A stretch of 32,000 nucleotides of DNA from Pseudomonas aeruginosa (GTDB taxonomy: Bacteria; Pseudomonadota; Gammaproteobacteria; Pseudomonadales; Pseudomonadaceae). The notes under the pieces are model-generated. The model saw only the letters and a list, made by a program, of their open reading frames with translations. It was not told the origin of the DNA and ran no database searches. Location of the stretch: contig NZ_LN831024.1 in the NCBI RefSeq assembly GCF_001457615.1, forward strand, positions 1,500,001 through 1,532,000, read 5' to 3'. This document shows, in pieces, positions 1 through 10,614 of the stretch. The position numbers and the translations under genes are program-made. Position 1 is the first letter of the stretch. Each line of letters begins with the position of its first letter.

Positions 1-198
1 CTGCCCCAGGCTGCCTCGCGCAGCCCGAACGCGGCGCCGCCTACGCTATGGCAGGTCAATGACAACAAGCGGATCACCGCCCCAGGCTGTACGGAAGGCT
101 CCCGCGAGCCGCTTTCCGCTACCGCCGGCACATCCCGCGCCCGCGCCTCGGCGCGGCGGGACGATCCGGACGTGAGACGGGGAGCCGTTCGCTCCTGA
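1..198 (+). CDS. possible 3' end of an upstream ORF running into the window (fruR-like regulator by expected gene order only)
   Basis: Frame 1 is open from base 1 to a TGA at 196-198, ending 10 nt before the fruB ATG. The translated tail has no motif I can recognise, so coding status is uncertain. Confidence 0.25.
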   Translation: MPQAASRSPNAAPPTLWQVNDNKRITAPGCTEGSREPLSATAGTSRARASARRDDPDVRRGAVRS

Positions 199-208
199 GG
201 AGGTTTCC

Positions 209-3079
209 ATGCTCGAACTCGATACCCGGCAGATCCGCATGGGCCAGCGCGCCGCGGACAAGGCCGAAGCCCTGCGCCTGCTCGGCGCGGCGCTGGTCGC
301 CGACGGCCTGGCCGCGCCCGGCTATGCCGAGGGCCTGAAGGCGCGCGAGGCACAAGGCTCCACCTACCTCGGCCAGGGCATCGCCATACCCCATGGGACC
401 CCGGATACCCGCGAGCTGGTCTTCAGCACCGGTGTGCGCCTGCTGCAATTCCCCGAGGGAGTGGACTGGGGCGATGGCCAGCAGGTCTACCTGGCCATCG
501 GCATCGCGGCGAAGTCCGACGAACACCTGCAGCTCCTGCAATTGCTCACCCGCGCCCTCGGCGAGGCCGACCTGGGACCGGCGCTGAGCGCGGCCGCCAG
601 CGCCGAGGAAGTCCTCGGCCTGTTGCAGGGCGCGCCGCAGGAACTGGCGCTGGACGCACAACTGGTCGGCCTCGGCCAGAACGCCGAGGACCTCGACGAA
701 CTGGCCTGGCTCGGCGCGCGCCTGTTGAAGAAGGCCGGCTGCGTGGAGAACGGCTTCGCCGCCGTGCTCCAGCAGACTGAACCGTTGCCGCTGGGCGACG
801 GGCTGTGCTGGTTGCACAGCGAACAATTGGTGAAGCGCCCCGGGCTGGCCTTCGTCACTCCGGCGCAACCGTTGCAGCACCAGGGGCAACTGGTCACCGG
901 GCTGTTCTGCCTGGCCAGCCTGGGCGAAGCGCACCAGGCGCTGCTCGAACGCCTGTGCGACCTGTTGCTGGAAGGGCGTGGCGCCGAGCTGGTGCGCGCC
1001 ACCAGCAGCCGCAGCGTACTCGCGGCGCTCGGTGGCGAGCTGCCGCCGGACTGGCCCAGCGCGCGAGCGGTCCTGGCCAACCCGCATGGCCTGCATGCCC
1101 GCCCGGCGCAGGCGCTGGCGCAGCTGGCCAAGGGTTTCGCCGGCGAGATCCGGGTACGCCTGGCCGACAGCGAGGCGGCCCCCGTCTCGGCGAAGAGCCT
1201 GAGCAAGCTGCTCGCCCTCGGCGCGCGACGCGGCCAGACGCTGGAGTTCAGCGCCGAGCCGGCGATCGCCGAGGACGCGCTGCCAGCCTTGCTGGCCGCG
1301 GTGCGCGAGGGGCTCGGCGAGGAGGTCGAAGCGCTGGCGGAGGAGGCCTTGCCCGATGCCGTCGGCGAGGCGGAAGAGGATGCCCGGCCGGCGCCGCTGC
1401 GCGCCGGCGAGCGCCTGCAGGCAATCGCCGCGTCGCCGGGCATCGCCAGTGGTCCGGCGCATGTCCAGGTGGCGCAGCGCTTCGAGTTCCAGCCGCGCGG
1501 CGAGTCGCCGGCCCATGAACGCGAGCGCCTGCTGCGGGCCAAGCGGGCGGTGGACGAGGAGATCGTCGGCCTGGTCGAACGCAGCACGGTGAAGGCGATC
1601 CGCGAGATTTTCGTCACCCACCGGGAGATGCTCGACGATCCGGAACTGGCCGAGCAGGTGCAACTGCGCCTGAATCGCGGCGAAAGCGCCGAAGCGGCCT
1701 GGAGTCGGGTGGTGGAAGACAGCGCGGCGCAACAGGAGGCGCTGCACGACGCGCTGCTCGCCGAGCGCGCCGCCGACCTCCGCGACCTCGGCCGGCGGGT
1801 GCTGGCCAGGCTCTGCGGGGTGGAGGCGCCGCGCGAGCCGGAGCAGCCGTACATCCTGGTGATGGACGAGGTCGGCCCCTCCGATGTCGCCCGCCTCGAC
1901 GCCCAGCGGGTCGCCGGCATCCTCACGGCGCGCGGCGGCGCCACTTCGCACAGCGCGATCATCGCCCGCGCCCTCGGCATTCCGGCATTGGTCGGCGCCG
2001 GCGCGGCGGTGCTCGGCCTGGAGCCTGGCACGGCACTGCTGCTGGATGGCGAGCACGGCTGGCTGCAGGTGGCGCCGAGCACCGAACAGTTGCAGCAGGC
2101 CGCCGCCGAGCGCGACGCCCGCCAGCAGCGCCAGGCCCGCGCCGACGCGCAGCGGCTGGAGCCTGCGCGGACCCGCGATGGCCACGCGGTGGAAGTCTGC
2201 GCCAACCTTGGCGACACCGCCGGCGCCGCGCGCGCGGTGGAGCTGGGCGCCGAGGGCGTTGGCCTGCTGCGCACCGAGTTCGTCTTCATGAACAACGCCC
2301 GCGCGCCGGACCTGGCGACCCAGGAAGCGGAATACCGTCGGGTGCTCGACGCCCTCGACGGACGTCCGCTGGTGGCGCGGACCCTGGATGTCGGCGGGGA
2401 CAAGCCGCTGCCGTACTGGCCGATTCCCCACGAAGAGAATCCCTATCTGGGCCTGCGCGGTATCCGCTTGACCCTGCAGCGACCGCAGATCCTCGAGACC
2501 CAGTTGCGCGCGCTGTTCCGCGCTGCCGGGGAGCGGCCGCTGCGGGTGATGTTCCCGATGGTCGGCAGCCTCGACGAATGGCGCCAGGCGCGTGACCTGG
2601 CGCTGCGCCTGCGCGAGGAAATCCCGCTGGCCGACCTGCAACTGGGGATCATGGTCGAGGTGCCCTCGGCGGCGTTGCTCGCGCCGGTGCTGGCCCGCGA
2701 GGTGGACTTCTTCAGCGTCGGCACCAACGACCTGACCCAGTACACCCTGGCTATCGATCGCGGCCACCCGAGTCTTTCGGCCCAGGCCGACGGCCTGCAT
2801 CCGGCGGTGCTGCAACTGATCGACATGACCGTCCGCGCCGCCCACGCCGAGGGCAAGTGGGTCGGCGTCTGCGGCGAACTGGCGGCCGACCCGCTGGCGT
2901 TGCCGCTGCTGGTCGGCCTGGGAGTGGACGAGCTGAGCGTCTCGGCGCGCAGCATCGCCCTGGTCAAGGCCGGCGTGCGCGAACTGCAGCTGGTCGCTGC
3001 GCGCGGCCTGGCCCGCAAAGCCCTGGGCCTGGCGAGCGCCGCCGAGGTCCGGGCCCTGGTGGAAGCGGAGGTGCAGTAA
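209..3079 (+). CDS. fruB: fructose PTS multiphosphoryl transfer protein (EIIA-HPr-EI fusion), 956 aa
   Basis: ORF 209..3079 preceded by a GAGGAGG Shine-Dalgarno. EIIA motif [13 protein letters not shown], HPr motif [16 protein letters not shown] motif [21 protein letters not shown]. Called fruI in some annotations. Confidence 0.96.
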   Translation: MLELDTRQIRMGQRAADKAEALRLLGAALVADGLAAPGYAEGLKAREAQGSTYLGQGIAIPHGTPDTRELVFSTGVRLLQFPEGVDWGDGQQVYLAIGIAAKSDEHLQLLQLLTRALGEADLGPALSAAASAEEVLGLLQGAPQELALDAQLVGLGQNAEDLDELAWLGARLLKKAGCVENGFAAVLQQTEPLPLGDGLCWLHSEQLVKRPGLAFVTPAQPLQHQGQLVTGLFCLASLGEAHQALLERLCDLLLEGRGAELVRATSSRSVLAALGGELPPDWPSARAVLANPHGLHARPAQALAQLAKGFAGEIRVRLADSEAAPVSAKSLSKLLALGARRGQTLEFSAEPAIAEDALPALLAAVREGLGEEVEALAEEALPDAVGEAEEDARPAPLRAGERLQAIAASPGIASGPAHVQVAQRFEFQPRGESPAHERERLLRAKRAVDEEIVGLVERSTVKAIREIFVTHREMLDDPELAEQVQLRLNRGESAEAAWSRVVEDSAAQQEALHDALLAERAADLRDLGRRVLARLCGVEAPREPEQPYILVMDEVGPSDVARLDAQRVAGILTARGGATSHSAIIARALGIPALVGAGAAVLGLEPGTALLLDGEHGWLQVAPSTEQLQQAAAERDARQQRQARADAQRLEPARTRDGHAVEVCANLGDTAGAARAVELGAEGVGLLRTEFVFMNNARAPDLATQEAEYRRVLDALDGRPLVARTLDVGGDKPLPYWPIPHEENPYLGLRGIRLTLQRPQILETQLRALFRAAGERPLRVMFPMVGSLDEWRQARDLALRLREEIPLADLQLGIMVEVPSAALLAPVLAREVDFFSVGTNDLTQYTLAIDRGHPSLSAQADGLHPAVLQLIDMTVRAAHAEGKWVGVCGELAADPLALPLLVGLGVDELSVSARSIALVKAGVRELQLVAARGLARKALGLASAAEVRALVEAEVQ

Positions 3080-4023
3080 TGGCGCGGATCCTGACGATTA
3101 CCCTGAACCCTGCGCTGGACCTCACCGTGCGCCTGCGCCAGCTGGAACTGGGGGCGGTTAACCGCAGCGAGGCGGTGCTGACCCAGGCCGCCGGCAAGGG
3201 TCTGAACGTCGCCCAGGTGCTTGCCGACCTCGGCCATCGGTTGACGGTCAGCGGCTTCCTCGGCGAAGACAACCAGCCGCCGTTCACCGCCATGTTCCAG
3301 CGTCGTGGCTTCGCCGATGCGTTCGTCCGGGTGCCGGGCGAAACCCGCAGCAACATCAAGCTGGCCGAGCGCGGCGGGCGCGTCAGCGACCTCAACGGGC
3401 CGGGCCCGGAGGCCGACGAGCGAGCCCAGGCGGCGTTGCTCGAACGCCTCGACCGGCTTGCCGGGGAGCACGAGCTGGCGGTGGTCGCCGGCAGCCTGCC
3501 GCGCGGGGTCGAGCCGGAATGGCTGGGCGAACTGCTGCGGCGCTTGCGGCGCCTCGGCCTGAAGGTCGCCTTCGACAGCAGCGGCGCGGCCCTGCGCGAA
3601 GGTGTGAAGGCTGCGCCGTGGATGATCAAGCCGAACCTCGAGGAACTGGCCGATCTCTGCTCGGCGCCGATGGATGACCTGGTCGCACAGCGCCAGGCGG
3701 CCGAACGTCTGCGCCAGGACGGGGTAGGCCAGGTGGTGATTTCCCAGGGCGCCGCGGGGGTCAACTGGTTCGCCGCCGAGGGTGCCTGGCAGGCGCGGCC
3801 GCCGGCGGTGGAAGTGGCCAGCACGGTGGGCGCCGGCGATTCCCTGCTGGCCGGCATGCTGCACGGGCTGGCCAGCGGCTGGCCGGCCGAGCGGGTGCTG
3901 CGTCAGGCCACCGCCATCGCCAGCCTGGCGGTAACCCAGTTCGAGTTCGGCATCGGCGATCCGCAGCGCCTGGCGCGGATCGAAGCGGGCGTCGTGGTGC
4001 AGCCATTGGTCGAGGAGGCCTGA
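3079..4023 (+). CDS. fruK: 1-phosphofructokinase (PfkB family), 314 aa
   Basis: ATG at 3079 overlaps the fruB stop (TAATG); protein [19 protein letters not shown]...; PfkB signature STVGAGDSLLAGML. The ORF-track start at 2857 is over-extended. Confidence 0.95.
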   Translation: MARILTITLNPALDLTVRLRQLELGAVNRSEAVLTQAAGKGLNVAQVLADLGHRLTVSGFLGEDNQPPFTAMFQRRGFADAFVRVPGETRSNIKLAERGGRVSDLNGPGPEADERAQAALLERLDRLAGEHELAVVAGSLPRGVEPEWLGELLRRLRRLGLKVAFDSSGAALREGVKAAPWMIKPNLEELADLCSAPMDDLVAQRQAAERLRQDGVGQVVISQGAAGVNWFAAEGAWQARPPAVEVASTVGAGDSLLAGMLHGLASGWPAERVLRQATAIASLAVTQFEFGIGDPQRLARIEAGVVVQPLVEEA

Positions 4024-4024
4024 G

Positions 4025-5782
4025 ATGAAACTAGCGATTGTCACCGCCTGCCCTGGCGGACAGGTCACCAGCGTGCTCGCCGCGCGCCTGCTGCGGGGCG
4101 CCGCCGAGCGCCTGGGCTGGGAAACCTGCGTCGAGGCGAATGCCGGGTCGAGGCCCGAGGGCGAACTGAGCGCCGAACAGATCGCCGAAGCCGACTGGGT
4201 CCTGCTGGTCGGCGTCGAGCCGCTGGCGGCGGCGCGTTTCGTCGGCAAGCCGGTGTATCGCGCGCGTCCCGCCGAGGCGCTGGCCGATCCGCGCGCCTTC
4301 CTCCAGCGGGCCGCCGCCCTGGCGAGCGTGGAGGTCGCCGGGGACGAGGCCGGCCTGGTTGCGCCGGAGGCCGGAGCGGCACCGCGGATCGTCGCGGTGA
4401 CCGCCTGTCCGACCGGCGTGGCGCACACCTTCATGGCCGCCGAGGCGTTGCAGCTCGCGGCGGGGCAACTGGGCTTCGCGTTGCAGGTCGAGACCCAGGG
4501 CTCGGTCGGCGCGCGCAACCCGCTCGACCCGGCGGACATCGCCGCCGCCGACGTGGTCCTGCTGGCCGCCGACATCGACGTGGACACGGCCCGTTTCGCC
4601 GGCAAGAAGATCTACCGTTGCGGCACCGGCGTGGCCCTCAAGCAGGCCCGCGCGACGCTCGAGCGGGCGCTGGCGGAAGGGCAGGTCGAGAGCGCGGGCG
4701 CAGCCAGCGCGGTGGTCGCCAGGGACGAGAAGCGCGGGGTGTACAAGCACCTGCTGACCGGGGTGTCGTTCATGTTGCCGATGGTGGTCGCGGGCGGCCT
4801 GCTGATCGCCCTGTCGCTGGCCTTCGGCATCGATGCCTACAAGCAGCCGGGCAGCCTGGCGGCGGTGCTGAGGACGGTCGGCGACACGGCTTTCGTCCTG
4901 ATGGTGCCGATGCTCGCCGGCTACATCGCCTATTCCATCGCCGACCGCCCGGGCCTGGCGCCGGGCATGCTCGGCGGCCTGCTCGCCGGGACCCTCGGCG
5001 CCGGGTTCATCGGCGGGATAGTCGCCGGCTTCATCGCCGGCTATGCGGCGCGGGCCATCAGCCACGGGCTGAGGCTGCCGGCGAGCCTGGAAGCGCTGAA
5101 GCCGATCCTGGTCATCCCGTTGCTGGCCAGCCTGGTCACCGGCCTGCTGATGCTCTACGTGGTCGGCAAGCCGGTGGCCGGGATGCTCGCGGCACTGACC
5201 GGGTTCCTCGACGGCATGGGTACCTCCAATGCCATCCTCCTCGGCCTGCTGCTCGGCGGGATGATGTGCGTCGACCTCGGCGGACCGGTCAACAAGGCCG
5301 CCTACGCCTTTTCCGTCGGCCTGCTCTCGTCGCACAGCTACGCGCCGATGGCGGCGGTGATGGCGGCGGGCATGGTGCCGCCGATCGGCATGGGCCTGGC
5401 GACCCTGCTGGCGCGGCGCAAGTTCGCCGAGAGCGAGCGGCAGGCCGGCAAGGCAGCCTCGGTGCTGGGGCTGTGCTTCATCTCCGAAGGCGCCATCCCG
5501 TTCGCCGCCAAGGACCCGTTGCGGGTGATCCCGGCGAGCATCGCCGGCGGCGCGCTGACCGGCGCCCTGTCGATGTATTTCGGCTGCAAGTTGCAGGCGC
5601 CTCACGGCGGGTTGTTCGTGATGCTGGTGCCCAACGCGATCAACCACGCCCTGGCGTACCTGCTGGCGATCGTCGCCGGCAGCCTGCTTACCGGGCTGCT
5701 CTACGCCGTGCTCAAGCGCGGCGCCGAGCCGGGACTGGCGTTGGGGACCTCGTCCTCGCGGGAGCCGGCGGCTGGCGGATAG
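4025..5782 (+). CDS. fruA: fructose-specific PTS EIIB'-EIIB-EIIC permease, 585 aa
   Basis: Starts 1 nt after the fruK stop (TGAGATG). Two N-terminal EIIB-like segments (AIVTACPGG, AVTACPTGVAHTFMAAEAL) followed by a hydrophobic EIIC domain. Confidence 0.95.
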   Translation: MKLAIVTACPGGQVTSVLAARLLRGAAERLGWETCVEANAGSRPEGELSAEQIAEADWVLLVGVEPLAAARFVGKPVYRARPAEALADPRAFLQRAAALASVEVAGDEAGLVAPEAGAAPRIVAVTACPTGVAHTFMAAEALQLAAGQLGFALQVETQGSVGARNPLDPADIAAADVVLLAADIDVDTARFAGKKIYRCGTGVALKQARATLERALAEGQVESAGAASAVVARDEKRGVYKHLLTGVSFMLPMVVAGGLLIALSLAFGIDAYKQPGSLAAVLRTVGDTAFVLMVPMLAGYIAYSIADRPGLAPGMLGGLLAGTLGAGFIGGIVAGFIAGYAARAISHGLRLPASLEALKPILVIPLLASLVTGLLMLYVVGKPVAGMLAALTGFLDGMGTSNAILLGLLLGGMMCVDLGGPVNKAAYAFSVGLLSSHSYAPMAAVMAAGMVPPIGMGLATLLARRKFAESERQAGKAASVLGLCFISEGAIPFAAKDPLRVIPASIAGGALTGALSMYFGCKLQAPHGGLFVMLVPNAINHALAYLLAIVAGSLLTGLLYAVLKRGAEPGLALGTSSSREPAAGG

Positions 5783-5830
5783 CCGCGAGGCGGTCATGCG
5801 CCCTACGCCACCTGAGCGACGTGGCAGAGG

Positions 5831-5910
5831 GTAGGGCGAATAACGCCGCAGGCGTTATCCGCCGAGACTCCGGAGAACCGGCGGATAACCGCAAGCGGTT
5901 ATTCGCCCCA
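5831..5910. repeat. REP/REPIN-like pair of inverted hairpins between convergent genes
   Basis: Arm 1 GGGCGAATAACGCCGCAGGCGTTATCCGCC (5834-5863) and arm 2 GGCGGATAACCGCAAGCGGTTATTCGCCC (5880-5908) are near reverse complements, and each arm is itself a hairpin. Confidence 0.8.
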
Positions 5911-5935
5911 GCGGTCGATCCGACCTGGGGCGGCT

Positions 5936-7330
5936 TCAGGCCTGGCGCAACAGGCGCACGCCATCTTCCTGTGCGAGGCTGGCCTCGTTGATCGGCAACG
6001 AGCAGGACTGCCCGCGTCCCATCGGGTAGTAGTGGAAGCCGTGGCGGGCCATGCGCTCGGGGTCGTAGAGGTTGCGCCCGTCGAAGATCACCGGGGCCTT
6101 CAGGCGCTCCTTGAGCAGCTCGAAATCCGGTGCCTTGAATTGCTGCCACTCGGTGCAGATGACCAGCGCATCGGCGCCTCCCAGGGTCGCCTCGGGGGTG
6201 CCCATCAGGCTCAGGCGTTCGTCGTGGCCATAGAGCCGCTGGGTTTCCTGCATGGCTTCGGGATCGTAGGCGCGCACCTGCGCGCCGTGGCGCCAGAGCG
6301 CTTCCATCAGTTCGCGGCTGGGCGCGTCGCGCATGTCGTCGGTGTTCGGCTTGAAGGCCAGGCCCCAAAGGGCGAAGGTCTTGCCGCGCAGGTCGCCGTC
6401 GTAGAACACCCGGATGCGTTCGAACAGCTTGTGCTTCTGCCGCCGGTTGATCGCTTCCACTGCCTGCAACAGGTCGCTGGAGCAATGCGCCTGCTCGGCG
6501 CTGTGGATCAGCGCGCGCATGTCCTTGGGGAAGCAGGAGCCGCCGTAGCCGCAGCCGGGGTAGATGAAGTGGTAGCCGATCCGCGGGTCGGCGCCGATGC
6601 CCTGGCGCACCGCCTCGATGTCGGCACCGAGGTGTTCGGCCAGTTCGGCGATCTGGTTGATGAAGCTGATCTTGGTCGCCAGCATGCCGTTCGCCGCGTA
6701 CTTGGTCAGTTCGGCGCTGCGCAGGCCCATGAACAGCATGCGGTCGTGGTTGCGGTTGAACGGCTCGTAGAGTTCGCGCATCACCTGGCGCACCTCTTCG
6801 TTGTCGCAGCCGACCACGATGCGGTCCGGGCGCCGGCAGTCGGCGACGGCGGAGCCTTCCTTGAGGAATTCCGGGTTGGAGACGATCTCGAATTCCAGCT
6901 CGCGTCCGTCGGCTTCCAGGCGCCGCTCGATGTGCGCGCGCAGGCGGTCGCCGGTGCCTACCGGGACGGTCGATTTCTCCACCACGATGACGGGCTTGCG
7001 GCGGTGCTCGGCGATGGCATCGGCCACCGCGAAGACCGCGCCGAGATCGGCCGCGCCGTCCTCGCCAGGCGGGGTGCCGACCGCAATGAACTGCACCCGG
7101 CCGTGTTCCACGGCCAGGCGCGCATCGCTGCTGAAACGCAGGCGGCCGCTGTCCAGGCCTTCGCGCAGCAAGGCGTCGAGCCCGGGTTCGTAGATGCTGG
7201 CGAGGCCCTGCGCGAGGCGTTCGACCTTGTTCCGGTCGATGTCCATGCACAGTACATCGTGGCCCACTTCGGCGAGGACGGCGGCCTGCACCAGTCCTAC
7301 ATAGCCACTGCCGAATACGCTGATCTTCAT
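5936..7330 (-). CDS. ugd: UDP-glucose 6-dehydrogenase-like nucleotide sugar dehydrogenase, 464 aa (last gene of the arn operon)
   Basis: [26 protein letters not shown] (Rossmann), [27 protein letters not shown] motifs. Confidence 0.92.
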   Translation of the reverse strand: MKISVFGSGYVGLVQAAVLAEVGHDVLCMDIDRNKVERLAQGLASIYEPGLDALLREGLDSGRLRFSSDARLAVEHGRVQFIAVGTPPGEDGAADLGAVFAVADAIAEHRRKPVIVVEKSTVPVGTGDRLRAHIERRLEADGRELEFEIVSNPEFLKEGSAVADCRRPDRIVVGCDNEEVRQVMRELYEPFNRNHDRMLFMGLRSAELTKYAANGMLATKISFINQIAELAEHLGADIEAVRQGIGADPRIGYHFIYPGCGYGGSCFPKDMRALIHSAEQAHCSSDLLQAVEAINRRQKHKLFERIRVFYDGDLRGKTFALWGLAFKPNTDDMRDAPSRELMEALWRHGAQVRAYDPEAMQETQRLYGHDERLSLMGTPEATLGGADALVICTEWQQFKAPDFELLKERLKAPVIFDGRNLYDPERMARHGFHYYPMGRGQSCSLPINEASLAQEDGVRLLRQA

Positions 7331-7740
7331 GGTGCTTTCCTCGACGGATGATGCGCGGGCGCGGCAGCGGTGCGGCGGGCGTTGACGGTCAACACGCCGA
7401 GCACCACCAGGCCTACGCCCAGGGTCTTGCTGGTACTGAAGGTTTCATCGAACGCCGGCAGGCTCGCCGCCAGCAGGTAGACCAGCGCGTAGCTGGCGCT
7501 CAACAGGCTGTAGGCGCGGCCCAGCGGCAGGTGGCGCAGGGCGGCCAGCCAGCACAGCAGGGAGGCGGCGTAGGCTGCCACCGCCAGGGCTACCGCGAGC
7601 AGCGCGGCGCGCTCCGGCGTTTGCCCGGCCCAGGCTTCCGGTAGCGGCAGGCGGCTCATGCCCCAGCGCATGCCGAGCTGGGCGGCGCTGGCCAGCAGCA
7701 TGCTGCCCAGCGCCGCCAGCCAGCCGCGTAGCGCGTTCAT
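7327..7740 (-). CDS. arnF: undecaprenyl-phosphate-L-Ara4N flippase subunit, small multidrug resistance-like, 137 aa
   Basis: Small hydrophobic protein in the arn operon, position between arnE and ugd; ATGA overlaps at both ends. Confidence 0.88.
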   Translation of the reverse strand: MNALRGWLAALGSMLLASAAQLGMRWGMSRLPLPEAWAGQTPERAALLAVALAVAAYAASLLCWLAALRHLPLGRAYSLLSASYALVYLLAASLPAFDETFSTSKTLGVGLVVLGVLTVNARRTAAAPAHHPSRKAP

Positions 7741-8084
7741 GCGCTCCTCCCGAGCAGGGCCACGCCGGCGACGATCAGCAACAGGCCGGCGAGGTGGCGG
7801 CGATCCACCGGCTCATCGAAGACGAAGCGTGCCGCCAGGGTGACCAGGACGAAGTTCAGCGCCAGCATCGGATAGGCGCTGCCGACTTCCACCCGTTGCA
7901 GGAGCAGCAGCCAGCAGAGCAGGCCGAGCCCGAGGGCGAGCAGCGCCAGCCACGGCCACGGACTGCGCAGGCGCGCCGTCCAGCCGTCGGCGGCGACCAG
8001 GCGCCAGTGCTCCACGGTGAGCTTCTGCGCAACCTGGCCGAGGCCGGTCATGAGCAGGGTGGCGAGCAGCAGTGCGGCGCTCAT
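7737..8084 (-). CDS. arnE: undecaprenyl-phosphate-L-Ara4N flippase subunit, 115 aa
   Basis: [26 protein letters not shown]... EMR/SMR-like. Start at 8084 overlaps the arnT stop; the longer ORF-track start at 8237 lies within arnT. Confidence 0.88.
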   Translation of the reverse strand: MSAALLLATLLMTGLGQVAQKLTVEHWRLVAADGWTARLRSPWPWLALLALGLGLLCWLLLLQRVEVGSAYPMLALNFVLVTLAARFVFDEPVDRRHLAGLLLIVAGVALLGRSA

Positions 8085-9730
8085 GGGCGCACCTGCGGCA
8101 GGATCGCCAGGACCAGGTTGCCGTTCCGGTAGCGTTCGCCGTCGCCCGGCAACAGCGCCAGCTGGTAGCGGTCGCTGGCGCTGTTGATCCGCAGCAGCAC
8201 GGCAACCGAGCCGTCCTGGCGTGCCTGCCAGAGCCACTGGCGGATGTCTGCCAAGGGCACGCTGCGCTGGCTGTGCTCGGGGTAGGAGAGGCCGTACTTC
8301 AGCTCGCCGCGCGTGTCGTAGAGCGTCACGTCGCTACGACGCAGGCGCCAGGCGAGGGCCGAGGCGGCGCCGAGGTCGTTGCTCAGCAGATGGTGGGCGC
8401 CGGTCAGTTCGTCGAGGTGTTCGGCGACGAACAGGTCGGGGGTCTTGTTCTGCACCACATGATTGGGCATCGCTGCCGGCAGCAGCGCGATCAGCACCCA
8501 GCTCGCCAGCAGCGGCGCGGCCCAGGCGCGTAGCGGGTAGCGCCACTGGGCGAGGCCGGCGGCGGCCCAGGCGCCGATCACCAGCAGGACCAGGAACAGC
8601 TCGAAGGGTTCTTCCTGGTACACCGGCTTGCGCAGTTGCAGGTAGGCCAGGGCCGCCAGCGCGAGGAGCGCCAGGCCCAGGTTGAGCAGCCCGTTGCCGC
8701 GCAGCGCGACGCTGTTCCCCAGGCGCAGCCGCTGCACCAGGGCGTGGCCCATGAGCAGTGCCAGCGGCAGCAGGCAGGGCATGATGTAGGTCGGCAGCTT
8801 GCCCCGGCTCAGGCTGAAGAACGCCAGCGGCAACAGCAGCCATAGCGCCAGGAAGACCACCGGCGCTTGGCGCCGCTCGTGCCAGGCCTGGCGCAGCGCG
8901 CTCGGCAGCAGGCCGCTCCAGGGCAGGCAGGAGACCGCCAGCAACGGCAGGTAGAACCACCACGGGCGAGAGTGCTGGGCGTCTTCGCCGGCGAAGCGGC
9001 GGATGTGTTCGTGCCAGAAGAAGAACCGCCAGTAGTCCGCTTCCCGCGCATGCACGGCGAGCGCCCAGGGCAGGCAGACGAGCAGCGCCGCCAGCACCGC
9101 CAGCGCGCCGTAGCCAAGCAGCTCGCGCCAGCGCCGCTGCCAGAGCATGTAGGGCAGGGCGACCAGCACCGGCAGCAGCCAGGCGAGGAAGCCCTTGGTC
9201 AGGAAGCCCATGCCGCAGGCGAGGCCGAGCAGGGTCCAGCCAAGCAGGCGCGCGCGGCGGCTCCCCGCGTCGAGGGCATGCCACAGCGCCACCAGGCTCA
9301 GGTTGACCCAGAAGGTGAATTGCGGGTCGAGGTTGGCATAGCCGGACTGCCCGGCGATCAAGCCGAAGCTGGCGTAGAGCAGCGCGCACGCTAGGCTGGT
9401 GCGTGGGTCGCGCCACAGGCGGCGGGCCAGCAGGTAGGCGAGCAGGACGCTGAGGGCGGTGGCGACGACCGAGGCGATGCGCACGCCGAACAGGTTTTCG
9501 CCGAAGACCGCCTGGCCGAGGGCGATCATCCAGTAGCCGGCGACCGGCTTCTCGAAGTAGCGCAGGCCGAGGAAGTGCGGCGACACCCAGTCGCCGCCCA
9601 GCAGCATCGCCTGGCTGATCTGCGCGTAGCGGGTCTCGTCGGGAATCCACAGGCCATGGTTGCTCAATGGAACCAGGTAGAACAGGCCGAAGGCGATCAG
9701 CAGCAGCGAACAGGTCTGGCGGCGGCTCAT
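8081..9730 (-). CDS. arnT: undecaprenyl-phosphate-L-Ara4N--lipid A transferase (GT83), 549 aa
   Basis: [55 protein letters not shown]..., polytopic glycosyltransferase with DETRYA motif. Start 9730 forms an ATGA overlap with arnD. Confidence 0.95.
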   Translation of the reverse strand: MSRRQTCSLLLIAFGLFYLVPLSNHGLWIPDETRYAQISQAMLLGGDWVSPHFLGLRYFEKPVAGYWMIALGQAVFGENLFGVRIASVVATALSVLLAYLLARRLWRDPRTSLACALLYASFGLIAGQSGYANLDPQFTFWVNLSLVALWHALDAGSRRARLLGWTLLGLACGMGFLTKGFLAWLLPVLVALPYMLWQRRWRELLGYGALAVLAALLVCLPWALAVHAREADYWRFFFWHEHIRRFAGEDAQHSRPWWFYLPLLAVSCLPWSGLLPSALRQAWHERRQAPVVFLALWLLLPLAFFSLSRGKLPTYIMPCLLPLALLMGHALVQRLRLGNSVALRGNGLLNLGLALLALAALAYLQLRKPVYQEEPFELFLVLLVIGAWAAAGLAQWRYPLRAWAAPLLASWVLIALLPAAMPNHVVQNKTPDLFVAEHLDELTGAHHLLSNDLGAASALAWRLRRSDVTLYDTRGELKYGLSYPEHSQRSVPLADIRQWLWQARQDGSVAVLLRINSASDRYQLALLPGDGERYRNGNLVLAILPQVRP

Positions 9731-10614
9731 GGCTGGCGCACTCCCAGCCAGCCCTCGCGGCCGGCCAGGCGGCCGCGCACCAGTTCGGCCATCGGCAGGC
9801 TGCGCGGATCGTCCGGCAGCAGTTCGCCCAACGGTCGGAAGCGGATGCCGCGCCGTTCGGCGCGCCGCAGCAGTTCGCGGAACGCCGGGGCGAGGAGCAG
9901 CCCCTCGACCTCGGCGTGGATGGTGTAGACGTTGTCGCGGCCAGCGGCGAAGCGTTCCAGGATGAAGTCGTTGTAGGCCTCGCGCGGCAGGCCGGGACCG
10001 ACCACCTCGTCGAAGGTCGGCAGGTTCACCGGCACCTGCGGGATGCCGGGGCTGCCGTCGGCCAGGCGCGGGCGGAACGCGCCGCGTCCGCGGCAGTCGC
10101 TGTTGTAGCGGAAGCCGAAGGGCTGCTTGGCCTCGACCACCCGGCCGTCGGCGCGCCAGCCGGCGGCGGCGGAACAACGCACCGGCTGGCCGAGGATGTC
10201 CGCCAGGCAATCGCTGCCGCGGCGGATCTGCTCGCCGAGCTGCTGCACGCTCCAGACGCCGGCGTGGGTCTGCCAGGCATGGTGGTCCCAGGCGTGCAGG
10301 CCGACCTCGTGGCCGGCGGCCTGGGTCCGCCGCATCAGCGGGCCGAGTTCGCGGCCGATCGGCTTGCCCGGCCAGGCGGTGCCGGCCAGCAGGATGTCCC
10401 AGCCATACAGGCTGGCGGCGCGCGAGCGGAGCATCTTCCAGAAGAACGCCGGGCGCGCCAGGCGCCAGAGGTGGCGGCCCATGTTGTCCGGGCCGACGCT
10501 GAAGAAGAAGGTCGCCTTCAGCCCGGCTTCGTCGAGCAGCTCGAGCAGCCGCGGCACCCCGTCGCGGGTGCCGCGGAAGGTGTCGACGTCGATGCGCAGG
10601 CCGGCCTGGATCAC
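9727..10614 (-). CDS. arnD: 4-deoxy-4-formamido-L-arabinose-phosphoundecaprenol deformylase, 295 aa, GTG start
   Basis: Polysaccharide deacetylase-like ([37 protein letters not shown]...HDHHAW-like region). GTG 10612-10614 overlaps the arnA stop. Confidence 0.93.
   Translation of the reverse strand: MIQAGLRIDVDTFRGTRDGVPRLLELLDEAGLKATFFFSVGPDNMGRHLWRLARPAFFWKMLRSRAASLYGWDILLAGTAWPGKPIGRELGPLMRRTQAAGHEVGLHAWDHHAWQTHAGVWSVQQLGEQIRRGSDCLADILGQPVRCSAAAGWRADGRVVEAKQPFGFRYNSDCRGRGAFRPRLADGSPGIPQVPVNLPTFDEVVGPGLPREAYNDFILERFAAGRDNVYTIHAEVEGLLLAPAFRELLRRAERRGIRFRPLGELLPDDPRSLPMAELVRGRLAGREGWLGVRQP

Noticed and set aside
119-2845. 908-aa antisense ORF opposite fruB
   Set aside because: High-GC third-position bias yields long antisense open frames; composition is Arg/Ala/Gln/Gly-rich with no recognisable domain, and fruB has strong domain motifs.
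4031-5797. 588-aa antisense ORF opposite fruA
   Set aside because: Shadow ORF of a GC-rich gene; low-complexity His/Gln/Arg/Asp-rich translation without motifs.
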